A stretch of DNA of 64,000 bases from Octopus vulgaris (taxonomy: Eukaryota), in NCBI GenBank assembly GCA_951406725.2, contig OX597816.1, forward strand, positions 94,302,001 to 94,366,000, given 5' to 3'. The translations under genes were made by a program, and so were the position numbers. Shown piece after piece: positions 52,938 through 64,000 of this stretch. The first letter of the stretch is position 1; each line of letters begins with the position of its first letter. The notes beneath the pieces are model-generated. The model made no database searches, was not told the DNA's origin, and worked only from the letters and a program-made list of their open reading frames with translations.

Positions 52938-53050
52938 TCACTTACAAACTTGACATGACTTCTTGCAGTAGAAAAGCATATGATCTGGGTTTGATTTACA
53001 TTCACCCATCTTGGCCCAAGCTCCACATTTGCTATTCTCATCTGCACAAG
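52938..53050 (-). CDS. ShKT exon 4 (terminal): CADENSKCGAWAKMGECKSNPDHMLFYCKKSCQVCK*
   Basis: ctttcgttctag acceptor, TGA stop, minus-strand AATAAA at 52884-52889; not in ORF track. Confidence 0.9.
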
Positions 53051-53717
53051 CTAGAACGAAAGAAGTAAATATTATAATAAGACATGAAGCAAAACCAATA
53101 ATGAAATTAATTGTTAGTCCCTTTCATTAAACAGGATATTGAATGCTCTACCAGCTTAGACAGTACTGAATCTTAATATATAAAATGCTGCATGATCTTA
53201 ATGTCCTTGTTCTAACAGAGATGTGTCATTAGAAACTCTTTCTATAGTGCACTAAAATTCTGTCTATTTACATATGTCACTGAAGGTACCCTACTAATTT
53301 CTTCATACAAGGCTTGGATGATACCCAGTGTGCAGTAATAACATGAAAAAGATCTGCCTTATTTCTTCAGTAATTTTAATGGGATGCAGCAATAAAGATA
53401 TCCAGAATGATAGTAGAACCAAATCTAGATTAATAGTATTCTTAGATGTTTAAATAGCAATTTTTTCAGACGTTTCTTACTGATAAACTGTACTATTGCA
53501 AAAGAAAAAAAAAAATACAGGCATGGCTGTGTGGTAAGCAGCTTGCTTCCAAACCACATGGTGCCAGTTTCAGACCCACTGCATGGCACCTTGGGCAAGT
53601 GTCTTTCTTCTACTATAGCTTTGAGCTGATCAAAGCCTTGTGAGTGGATTTGGTAGACAGAAACTTAAAGAAGCTTGCCATGTGTGTGTATGTGTATATA
53701 TGTATATATATATATAC

Positions 53718-53750
<33 letters not shown>

Positions 53751-54087
53751 TATTTACCTGAAACTAGGTAAATAGATTCTTTGAACAGGGACAGTCAGTA
53801 GCGACACCTGCTGGGTCTGACAACGCTGCATTGATAAAGGGCAAATACCCTGAAACATGTCTGCAGCTGTCTGACTGGCAGGATGAAGCGGCTGACCTCC
53901 CCTGTTCGAAGGTTTATAATGGACGCAGGTTGTGTGTCAGATAGCTAGCTTGAGGCGGTGGCCTCTTGGAGCTAATCAGCGACAGCTTTAGTCTTATATT
54001 TATAACACTGGCATATAAGTATGGCGATAACTATTAATTTCCAGTAACACTGCCGTAATCTCCTTTAGAGAGACTTAGTAATTTTAA

Positions 54088-54118
<31 letters not shown>

Positions 54119-57100
54119 GTCTGTTGTCACCATCATTGCTTGACAACCAATGTCAATGTGATTATGTCCTCAGTTTGGCAAAAGCGCCCAATACAATAAG
54201 TACTCAACCAACACTCTTTAAAGTAATGCTCCAGCATGGCTGCAGTCAAGTGATTGAAACAAGTAAAAAAATAAAAGAACTTACTGAAACAGAGTTAGGT
54301 CTCAAATACTAACACAGTATCAACTGGTGGCAGGCTTCATAGAGCAAAAAGTAGTTGCTGGCTAATTCAGTTAAATCAGTGACCTTGTTCTATTTGTATC
54401 AAGACTTCTTGACAAAAAATATATATAGATATATTTTTTGCAACTGATGTGAACAAATCACAACAATTTTGCACCCAAATACAATATGGTTTATATTCTA
54501 TGTAAATAAAATTAATAAAATACTATTTTCTCAGCCTTGAAGAAACTCAGGTTGCAACTTACGTTCAGCACCATAGGATTGGCTATTTTGTCCACAATTA
54601 TTACAGGATTTTTTGCAGTTATTTAGCATGTATCTTGGGTTCCAGTGACATTCTCCAGTTTCTGCCCAAATTTTACAGTGCTTGTTTCCATCCAAACAAT
54701 CTGGAAAAATAAAGAATTAAATTCTGTAATGATCCTCAATAGTGTCTAAAATTTCTAAATTCTGGTTCCTAGTATTAAAATTACGAGAGAGAAATTTCTT
54801 ATTGGCTAGGAAACTGGTATACTATAGGAAGATTAGATTTCAAAAGTCAACTGCTTCTTGTGCAGTTTAGAATGAAACAAGATGGAGTTAAATCATATTC
54901 CTGAAGAGAATTTAAAATGTCTACAGTGCAATGGAGATATGGACTCATGGGTCTTGAGTTTGTAATGTTTTTTTTTCCATCTGAATTAGTATACAAAAAT
55001 GTTGATTAATGCAGTGCAGTCGCCTAGAGGTTCTGAGTTCAATCTCAGGTGAATCATATGACACATGAAGAAGGCTGGAGCATACAAGAGCTGAAACATA
55101 ATGGAAACAGCAATGTAGGTGAGGGCACCAGTCCAACTAATCTAAACAGTGTACATAATGTAAATTCCTCATTTCAGAGGAATATTTTACTGTCAGGATA
55201 TTTTTACTGTACTTGAAAGTTATTTTAATAAGCTGAATCCAAAAATGGAATCCATTTTGTTACCATCACACCTAGATTTCAAGATACCCAAGCCCACCAA
55301 TTTTCAGTGAGTGATATGCTTGGACTTTAATATGGTCGATTTTACCCTGGGGCAACAGTGTGGATACACCAAATATCGATGCTATTTATGTATGTGAGAC
55401 AGCAGAGCTAGGGAAAGAGTGATCAAGTAATGGCCATAGCAAACAATAGTCCCAGGGTGTTTCAATGTGGTTGAAGAGCCTTTAGTTCAACCAGGAAAAA
55501 ACATCCTACCTCCACTCTATATTAAACTTGGCATTATGAAGCAATTTGTTATAGCTCTGGATAAAGATGAACCTTGCTCTCACCATATCTGCAGCACATT
55601 TCCTGGTCTGAGCAGCAAAAGATAAAAGCTGGAGTATTTGATGGGCCTCAAAACAGAAAATTAAATGATGAGAACTTTGTAAATTCAATAATCTGCATTG
55701 AAGCAACATCATGGAATTCATTTGTAATAGTTGTAAATGACTTTCTGAGCAGCAAGAAAGCAAACAACTATGCTGAAATAACTGACATCATGCTGTAAAA
55801 TATGAGCATAAAGCCACACTGTTTCCACAGCCAGTTTGATAAATTACCTGAAGATCAAGGTGACACTAGTGATGATCAGAGAGAACATAAAATCAATGAC
55901 ACAAAAATATCAAGTCAGATACGACCTGCATATGATGGCAACCTTTTGCTTGAATTTTGGTCAGCACTCAAGAAAATAATCCAAATGCAAATTCAGAGTA
56001 AATTAGGCATAAACAATGATGTATCAGGTCATCCCATAAGTTCTGTTCGAATTTTGAATAAAGAAAACAAGTGATCAAATGTTATCTTTAATTGAAATTT
56101 AATCATCAATGTACTTTCCCTGATTATCTATGACTTCTTTCCATCTATTTACAAGCTTTTTAATCTCATCAATGTAAAACACTTTTGCTTTCAAAGCGAA
56201 GAACTCTGAAATGTCAGTTTTGAACTCCTCTTGGCTTTTGAAAGTTATGTCCCCCAAATGATTCTGTAAACTACAAAACAAATGGTAGTCTGAAGAAGCA
56301 AGGTCAAGCGAATAAGGTGGATGAGGAATTTTTTCCCAACCAAGCTCTTTGATCTTCTGAGATCTGATCTTTGCAGTGCTGAGTCCCTCATTGTCCTGAT
56401 GAAACATCACTCCTTTTCGATTCACTAATGTGGGTCATTTTTTCTTCAAAGCTTGGTTCAAATGCTCTAATTGCTGACAGTAGACTTGAGCATTGATTGT
56501 TGCATTAGGTGGTAACAATTCAAAGGGAATTACTCCCTTGCAATCCCACCAGATAGAGAGAAGAACCTTTTTCCCATGAAGTTCCCTTCTCAGTTGTGGT
56601 TGAGCTTTTTCCCTTTTACCAAGCCACTGTTTACAACGTTTAACATTTCAATAGAAGATCCATTTTTCATCACAAGTCTATCCAAAGAGGGTGAAATGAG
56701 TTCATGAGAATGGAGAGAAGAGCAGATGTCAACTCGGGACTTTCGGTTGCTTTCTGACAATTCATGTGGCACCCATTTTCCAAGTTGTTGAAGATGACGA
56801 TGAACAGTTGTATGGTTTGAACTAAACTTTATTGCCAATTCTTCAACTGATAATGCAGGATTTTCTTCAAGTAATGCCTCAAGGCATTATCAAACTCAAC
56901 TGGACACCCTGTTTGATCTTCAAGGCTTAAATCTCCACTTCTGAATTTTACAAACCATCTGCTGCAAGTTCTTTCATTCAAGCATTCTTTCCCATAAACT
57001 GAGTGTATGTTTCAAGTCGCTTTGACTGTAGAGTTTCCTTTTTTGTACTCATAAAGCATTATGTGCCTGAAATGCTCTTTGGATACTTCCATGATAGAAA

Positions 57101-59859
57101 GGGTTTTCATGAAAGAAATTTTAATTCTATTATTCTGTAAAATAATATTTAATTAGTTTAAATGTACACAAATGCATAAAAATAATTTTTAATTCCATTA
57201 GACATTCTAAAATGCTATTAAATTTCATTCAATTTTATAAAAGGTAAAATCAGACAGAACTAATGGGATGGATGACTTGATAACTTTTTTGTGGAAATTT
57301 TTAGATTTTCACTAGTTTTTCAGTAGAATTTTAAAACATTCCAGTTTTGAAGAAAAATCAGTTTCTATGTATATTTGTATGTTATACCATGATTTGCAAA
57401 AGCTGTTTCATTGAGAAGAAAAAAATGCAGAAAACAAAATTGTATGGATCCAGTATTTAGAAATTTTGACACAACGGTAATAAATGAATGTCATTTTTGG
57501 ATTTTGTGCGTAAAACAACCCCTAGTTTAAGTCCAAACATTCTGATAACAGGAAAATTTTGTCGACATCTAAATGAATTATTAAAATACACATTTTTCCC
57601 TAACTCCACCTACAAATTATTCTAAAATTCATCAACCTGTATTCTCTAAATGTCATCTCTCTAAAAGAGCCTTGAGTGAGACTATATCTTAATTGGTACG
57701 CATGCTGTTCAAAGACTGATAAAATATTCTCACCTATATCAACCTCTCCTTCCTCTTTACCTCCACTGGTGCACTGTGAGCAGGACTTCTTGCAATTCTT
57801 CAACATAAAAGCAGCATTAATCCTGCAATGGCCTACTTTGGCCCAGATTGGACACAAATAGTTATTGTCGTCACACTTAACTGTAAATAAATGTAAGATA
57901 TATTTTTTTTAAATAGTGAAACTATTAAAAACCAATGATGCTGAAATTTCCATACAAATTTTTGCAGAGTTTATAATTTAATATTGTTGTTAGTAAAACA
58001 TGTAATAAGATAGTTGTTGATTGTCTACCAGCTTATTACTTTTCAGATACAGAGTTCCTTACCAGCTGCAAGGCAGGTTGTTTTTTATGTATCATCATTT
58101 AACATCCCCTATTTCATGCTGAGATTTATTATATAGTCTGAAAAGTACAGTCAAACCAGAAGATTCCACCAGGTTCTATGTCTGCTTTGACATGGTTTCT
58201 ACAGCTGGATGCCTTTCCTAATGCCAACCACTTTACAAAGTGTTCTAGGAACTATTTACATGGTACCAGTAATCACAGGATAAGATCTCTCAAGTGAGTG
58301 AGTGTAGACCATAGGGATAAGAAGCTATGGTTGGAGGACAGGAACATGAGTCCACCTGGAGAGAGAATGAGTAGAAAGAAAGGATGTAAAGTACAGGTAC
58401 AATGTTTGTGTGCGTATGTCTGTATACACACACACACACACACACACGTTCATGAAGAAGAGGCTGTGACCCTGACCTTTGCAGGCCTTTCAAGATTGAA
58501 AAGTTTGATACTGTTAATTTTCTTTTTTAAACTTTTGCAAGAAAGATATGATAAAGAAGAAAATCCCAGAGGCCCAATGTTCTAAGGAGAAAAGACCAAG
58601 CATAATGGTGAGTGCAGAGTCAGCATGGTTGGATACAACAAGAGTGAGAAGAGCTAGTGAGACAAAGGAGATAGTAGGGGAGGGAGTTGAAATCAGCCAA
58701 CTCTGATGAACAGAAGCTATTATAAAGAGTTTATATTCTTAAGAAAATGTATGTATTAACATAGTTAAGACAATAGAAATAATCGTCAGAAAACTTAAGC
58801 ACTATTGGAATCATAACCACTGAGACAACCTGAATGAAATACATGTGGGTGTCTTATCACATAGCCACCAGAGCAACTAAATATCAGATCAACAAAATTC
58901 TAAACTTGATACTGTATAACATCTCATTTCATTTACTTGAGAGGCTATAGTCACTCAACTTGCTCGAAATAAAACTGAATCACCCTTCACCATCTTAAAG
59001 AAAGTATACGTTGGACACTAGCACTGTATGACAGCCTATTGCTGGAACTTGGCTCAGCACTCAAGAAAATTGTCCAAATGCAAATTCAGAGTAAACTAGG
59101 CATAAACATTGATGTAATTTGTTTGTAGACATTTTTAGATATTCACTAGTTTTTCAGAAGAATTTAAAACATTCCAGTTTTGAAGGAAAACCAGTTCCTA
59201 TGTATATTTGTATGTTATGCCATGTTCTTCATAAGCTCTTTCATTGAAAAGAAAAAAGAGCAGGAAACAAAGTTGGATGGATCCAGTATCTAGAAATCTT
59301 GATGCAATGTTTAAGTCCCAGCATTCTGATAACAGAAAAATTTTGTTGACCCGTATAATTAACAGACTTATTTGTTAACATCTAAATGAACACATTCATT
59401 ATTGGATTCCTATGCTTTGCAGACTTCTTTAAATAAAATATTACACATATACTCTACTGATATTGCAAATATATTTCTATGTCATGTTTTAGAATTCATC
59501 AACTCACACTAGATAATGGGATCTGTGAACTGATATAATGTAGATTGAATTTAGATTTATTAATAGACACATTTTTCCCTAAATCCACCTACAAATTATT
59601 CTAAAATTCATCAACCTGTATTCTCTAAATATCATCTCTCTAAAAGAGCCTTGAGTGAGACTATATCTTAATTGATACACATGCTGTTCAAAGGCTAATA
59701 AAACATACTCACCTATATCAACCTTTTCTTCCTCTTTACCTCCACTGGTGCACTGTGAGCAGGACTTCTTGCAATTCTTCAACATAAAAGCAGCATTAAT
59801 CCTGCAATGGCCTACTTTGGCCCAGATTGGACACAAATAGTTATTGTCGTCACAATTAA
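52938..59859 (-). CDS. 3' portion of a gene with four tandem C-terminal ShKT domains (5' part not found in window)
   Basis: Four AG-acceptor, phase-1 exons, each encoding C-x-D-x4-C-x2-WA-x2-G-x-C-x2-N-x3-M-x3-CKKSC-x2-C. They splice in frame to TGA at 52938-52940. Confidence 0.88.
53825..53867 (+). ncRNA. Minimal type-I hammerhead ribozyme-like motif with a degenerate core, within a ~340-bp insert between TA microsatellites
   Basis: GCTGCA-TTGATAA-AGGG(caaata)CCCT-GAAA-CATG-TC-TGCAGC. Stems I and II pair perfectly; the core differs from CUGAUGA at 2 positions. Confidence 0.55.
54563..54700 (-). CDS. ShKT exon 3: CLDGNKHCKIWAETGECHWNPRYMLNNCKKSCNNCGQNSQSYGAE
   Basis: tttttccag acceptor, GTAAGT donor, 138 nt, phase 1-1; not in ORF track. 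Confidence 0.9.
55200..57570 (+). mobile_element. Decayed Chapaev3-like (CMC) DNA transposon, interrupted by the mariner
   Basis: Remnant peptides ILPPLYIKLGIMKQFVIALDKD, KIKAGVFDGPQ, MSIKPHCFHSQFDKLPEDQGDTSDDQ resemble the PPLHIKLG / MSxKxHFLHSH transposase family. Family assignment is from memory. Confidence 0.65.
56024..57280 (-). mobile_element. Full-length but decayed mariner (Tc1/mariner, DD34D) transposon, ~1.26 kb
   Basis: TIRs TCAGGTCATCCCATAAGTTCTGT / ACAGAACTAATGGGATGGATGACTTGA; TA at both flanks (56022-23, 57281-82). Transposase remnants MEVSKEHFRHIMLYEY..., WVPHEL, HPPYSLDLASSDYHLF, GKYIDD* with stops and frameshifts. Confidence 0.93.
57734..57880 (-). CDS. ShKT exon 2: KCDDNNYLCPIWAKVGHCRINAAFMLKNCKKSCSQCTSGGKEEGEVDI
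   Basis: tttacag acceptor, GTGAGA donor, 147 nt, phase 1-1; near-identical duplicate of exon 1. Confidence 0.82.
59713..59859 (-). CDS. ShKT exon 1: NCDDNNYLCPIWAKVGHCRINAAFMLKNCKKSCSQCTSGGKEEEKVDI
   Basis: tttacag acceptor, GTGAGT donor, 147 nt, phase 1-1, six-Cys ShKT pattern. Confidence 0.88.
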
Positions 59860-61658
59860 CTGTAAATAAATGTAAGATATATTTTTTAAAATAGTGAAAC
59901 TATTAGAAACCAATGATGCCGAAATTTCCATACAAATTTTTGCAGAGTTTATAATTTAATATTGTTGTTAGTAACACATGTAACAAGATAGCTGTTGGTT
60001 GTCTACCAGCTTATTACTTTTCAGATACAGAGTCCCTTACCAGCTGCAAGGCAGGTTGTTGTTTATATATCATCATTTTACATCCCCTATTTCATGCTGA
60101 GATTTATTGGATAGTCTGAAAAGTACAGTCAAACCAGAAGATTCCACCAGGTTCTATGTCTGCTTTGACATGGTTTCTACAGCTGGATGCCTTTCCTAAT
60201 GCCAACCACTTTACAAAGTGTGCTGGGAGCTTTTTACATGGTACCAGTAATCACAGGTTAAGATCTCTCAAGTGAGTGAGTGTAGACCATAGGGATAAGA
60301 AGCTATGATGGGAGGACAGGAACATGTGTCCACCTGGAGAGAGAGTAGAATAAAAGGATGTAAAGTACAGGTACAATGTTTGTGTGAGTATGTCTATATA
60401 CACACACACACATTCATGAAGAAGAGGCTGTGACCCTGACCTTTGCAGGCCTTTCAAGATTGAAAAGTTTGATACTGTTAATTTTCTTTTTTAAACTTTT
60501 GCAAGAAAGATATGATAAGGAAGAAAATCCCAGAGGCCCAATGTTCTAAGGAGAAAAGACCGAGCATAGTGGTGAGTGCAGAGCCAGTGTGGTTGGATGC
60601 AACAAGAGTGAGAAGAGCTGGTGAGACAAAAGAAATAGGGGAGCCCGGCTAAGGGAGGGAGATGAAATCAGCCAACTCTGAAGAACAGAGGCTATTATAA
60701 AGAGTTTATATTCTTAAGAAAATGTATGTATTAACATTGCACTGTAGCTAAAACAATAGAAATAATCGTCAGAAAACTAAAGGATTGTTGGAATCATAAC
60801 CATTGAGACAACCTGAATGAAATACAAGTGTGTGTCTTATCACGTAGCCACCAGAGCAACTAAATATCAGATCAACAAAATTCTAAACTAGATACCATAT
60901 AACACCTTGTTAACTTGCTTGAAATAAAACTGAATCACCCCTTATCATCTTAAAGAAAGGATACATTGGATAGAATGGTTTTAAAGTTTTCTCAATCAAG
61001 GCTTTTGTAAGGAAGTGAATATTGCTTGAGACAAGTTTGTTTTAGAGTATGTTTCCTGCCTTATTTCAAAGAACTATTGTCTTAAAGAAAATGGGAGATC
61101 TGACTCAAGTACTTGGAATAGAGCTGGACTCTTCTGCTAAATGAACACAAGGGCCAAGTAGCGGAGCTAAACTAGACAACAGCTTAAGTCTACCTACCCA
61201 CCCAAATTGGCCACAGCAGGATTTGAACTCAGAATGCAAAGGGCCAATTTCTTTTGTTCATCACTCAAGATTGGTACTTATTTCATTGACCCTAGAAGGA
61301 TGGAAAGCAAAGTTGATTGTGGCAGGATTAAAAATCAGAATGCAAGAAGCCAAAATAAATACCACAAGGTATTCCTTGCAATGTTCTCTAATTTGCTGCC
61401 TTATTTTAGAGTTAAATTATTGTTTGATATTTCCATACTAGTCCCATGATTGTTTTAATGTTTTTACCTTATTTTTTGAATGATAAAACATCTGATTGTC
61501 CTAAAATGTGCTACTCCTAAGCCTGGCTTTAAATTAGGGACCTTCATATTCAATTCATGTTGTCAGCCTTTTTAACCACTACAGTACAACAAATCATCAG
61601 AAAATCTGATCGTCTTAAACATATTTGATCCATATTGTGCTTATTGGGCTTTCCATTT

Positions 61659-63120
61659 CATCATCATCATCATCATCATCATTTAGCGTCCGTTTTCCAT
61701 GCTAGCATGGGTTGGACGGTTCTGCTGGGGTCTGTGAAGCCAGAAGGCTTCATCAGGCCCAGTCAAATCTGGCAGTGTTTCTACGGCTGGATGCCCTTCC
61801 TAACGCCAACCACTCTGTGAGTGTAGTGGGTGCTTTTTACGTGCCACCCGCACTGGTGCCAGACAGAGCTGGCAAACGGCCACGAACGGATGGTGCTTTT
61901 TATGTGCCACCGGCATGAGGGCCAGGCGAGGCTGGCAACGGACACGAAACGGGGCGGTGCTGGCAACGGTCGCGAAACGGAAAGTTCTCTTACATGCCAC
62001 CGGCACTGGTAACACATCTGCAATTTCCATTGATCGATTTCCATTGATCGATTTCGATTCTGATCCTCACTTGCCTCAATGGGTCTTCACAAGCAGAGTT
62101 TCGACATGCCACCGGCACTGGTAGCACATCCGCAATTTCCATTGATCGATTTCGATTCTGATCCTCACTTGCCTCAACACGTCTTCACAAGTAGAGTTTT
62201 GTGTCCCAAGAAGGGAAGGTATGCATACGTAGGCTGGCTCCATCCCATGTAGAAGGCCACGGGTTGTGGACTCACTTGTCCTGCCGGGTCTTCTCGCGCA
62301 CAGCACACTTCCAGAGGTCTCGGTCTCTAGTCATTTCCTCAGTGAGACCTAAAGTTCGAAGGTCGTGCTTCACCACCTCGTCCCAGGTTTTCCTGGGTCT
62401 GCCTCTTCCACAGGTTCCCTCAACCGCTAGGGCGTGGCACTTTTTCACACAACTATCTTCATCCATTCTCGCCACATGACCATACCAGCGCAAACGTCTC
62501 TCTTGCACACCACAACTGATGCTTCTTAGGTCCAGCTTTTCTCTCAAGGTACTTACACTCTGCCGAGTGTGAGTACTGACATTACACATCCATCGGAGCA
62601 TACTGGCTTCATTTCTAGCGAGCTTACGCATATCCTCAGCAGTCACGGCCCATGTTTCACTGCCATGTAGCATGGCTGTTCGTACACACGCATCATACAG
62701 TCTGCCTTTCACTCTGTGCGAGAGGCCTTTTGTCACCAGCAGAGGTAAGAGCTCTCTGAACTTTGCCCAAGCTATTCTTACTCTAGCAGTTACACTTTCA
62801 GCACACCCGCCCCCGCTGCTGACTTGGTCACCTAGGTAACGGAAACTATCAACTATTTCTAGTTTTTCTCCCTGGAAAGTGACAGAAGTTGGTCTCAGAG
62901 CATTTTCAGTGTTTATTGTTCCTGAGCATCTGCCACATACAAAAACCATCTTCCTAGTTAGCCTTCCTTTGACATTGCTGCATCTCTTATGTGTCCATAG
63001 CTTACACTTGGTGCATCTTATAGAGTTTCTACCTACACCTTTTCTACAGATCGAGCAGGGCCATCTACCTGAAGGTGTTTGTGATTTGTCAACCTTCCTA
63101 CTGATTACGACTTTGGTTTC
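61659..63120 (-). mobile_element. Young 5'-truncated RTE LINE copy (open ORF 63120-62272) with 3' UTR and (GAT)n tail
   Basis: 283-aa ORF highly similar to 42926-43942; (CAT)n at 61659-61682. Confidence 0.95.
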
Positions 63121-63500
63121 CATTTCAGTATTTAGTGAAATGTAAGCATTTTTATCTATTACATTAATATCAAGCAGTGAGAATGAGTGCTCAACACCAC
63201 ATTGGTGGATAAATATTCTGGTTATTCATAGGGTCAAATCGTCCAACTACTATGTTAGCATGTTGGGAAAGCAGATCGTTCAACAATTCATTCAAGTCTG
63301 TACCTTGGGATATTAGTATTTGTCTCCATCTTGGAAAAACAAAGTATTTTTATCTATTTTTTTTTCTTTAATTTCTGTGAAGGCATGTGGCCTTTTGATT
63401 AGTGAGTCAGGTTCATGATCATTTGGTCTTGGGTCCATTTCCTGGCCAAGTGTCACACTGAATCCTCAAGAAAAACCCTTAATTTTACAATGCTTTAGTC

Positions 63501-64000
63501 CAGTGCTCCGCAAACATTTTTTCACTTGTAGTACACTTATATACTTTTCAAAATTTGGTGGTACACCTGAACTAAAAATGTAACTAAAAGTATATCTTTG
63601 TTCTGCATCTAAAGATGAAAACCTTTATTTTCATATGAAACATATAAACATGTACATCTTTTAGAACATTGTCACTTTATAAGATTTTGCTGACAAATTT
63701 TTAAATTAACAAAAACATTTATTTACATGAAAGAAAACACTGGAGAACTTTCATCTAATTCTTCCAAATTTTCTGTTAAAACTTTATTGTGGGGAATACT
63801 TTATCACAGCAAATGGTCACACACCACACGGTTCCATTAATCCTACTGAAGCATGCCAGCATGCACACAGCACTACCATGGGCTAAGGTGTTGGGAAAGC
63901 CAAGCACCCTCATGGGCATCACTTGACAACCTTAAAAATGCTTTAACTTCATCAGTTGAGACATCATCCTCCACACAGTAAGGGAAAATTCTCCACCACT
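63501..64000. mobile_element. Possible hAT-type element end running off the window
   Basis: CAGTGCTCCGCAAAC terminus-like sequence followed by AT-rich subterminal region. Confidence 0.35.

Larger units (their letters stand above)
55930..60969. repeat. Tandem segmental duplication: copy A ~55930-59015 (contains mariner insertion), copy B ~59028-60969, each carrying a ShKT exon
   Basis: 57590-59015 aligns by eye to 59569-60969 at high identity (offset ~1979 at the exon). The flanking transposon-end fragment is also duplicated. Confidence 0.9.

Noticed and set aside
57600-57733. Read-through tail GENILSVFEQHAY...RWS of ORF 57600-57857 (and 59579-59712)
   Set aside because: Lies after a good phase-1 donor that splices in frame to the next ShKT exon; most likely intron.
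63300-63345. Possible further upstream micro-exon of the ShKT gene (minus strand ttttccaag...AG/GTACAG)
   Set aside because: Donor phase is incompatible with the phase-1 ShKT exons and there is a stop in the phase-1 frame; no supporting protein signal.

Overview
AT-rich, repeat-dense eukaryotic (animal) DNA. The SINE/RTE repeat content resembles octopus/cephalopod genomes, which is an inference. Most of the window (855-52449, + strand) is the 3' ~85% of a TTC21B/IFT139 (intraflagellar transport complex A TPR protein) ortholog. I traced 32 GT-AG coding exons that splice in frame (3430 nt, ~1142 codons) to a TAG at 52447-52449; the N-terminal exons lie upstream of the window. Converging on it from the right (- strand) is the 3' end of a second gene with four ShKT (ShK toxin-like) domain exons at 59859-59713, 57880-57734, 54700-54563 and 53050-52938. 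Two of these arose by a ~2 kb tandem duplication and two are missed by the ORF track. Introns hold RTE-clade LINEs (with a PHD-type finger inside the RT region and minisatellite-rich 3' UTRs), mariner, hAT and Chapaev-like DNA transposon relics, Penelope-like fragments with hammerhead-ribozyme-like motifs, tRNA-derived SINEs, MITE-like inverted repeats and microsatellites. I see no prokaryotic-type systems, CRISPR arrays, or rRNA/tRNA genes.
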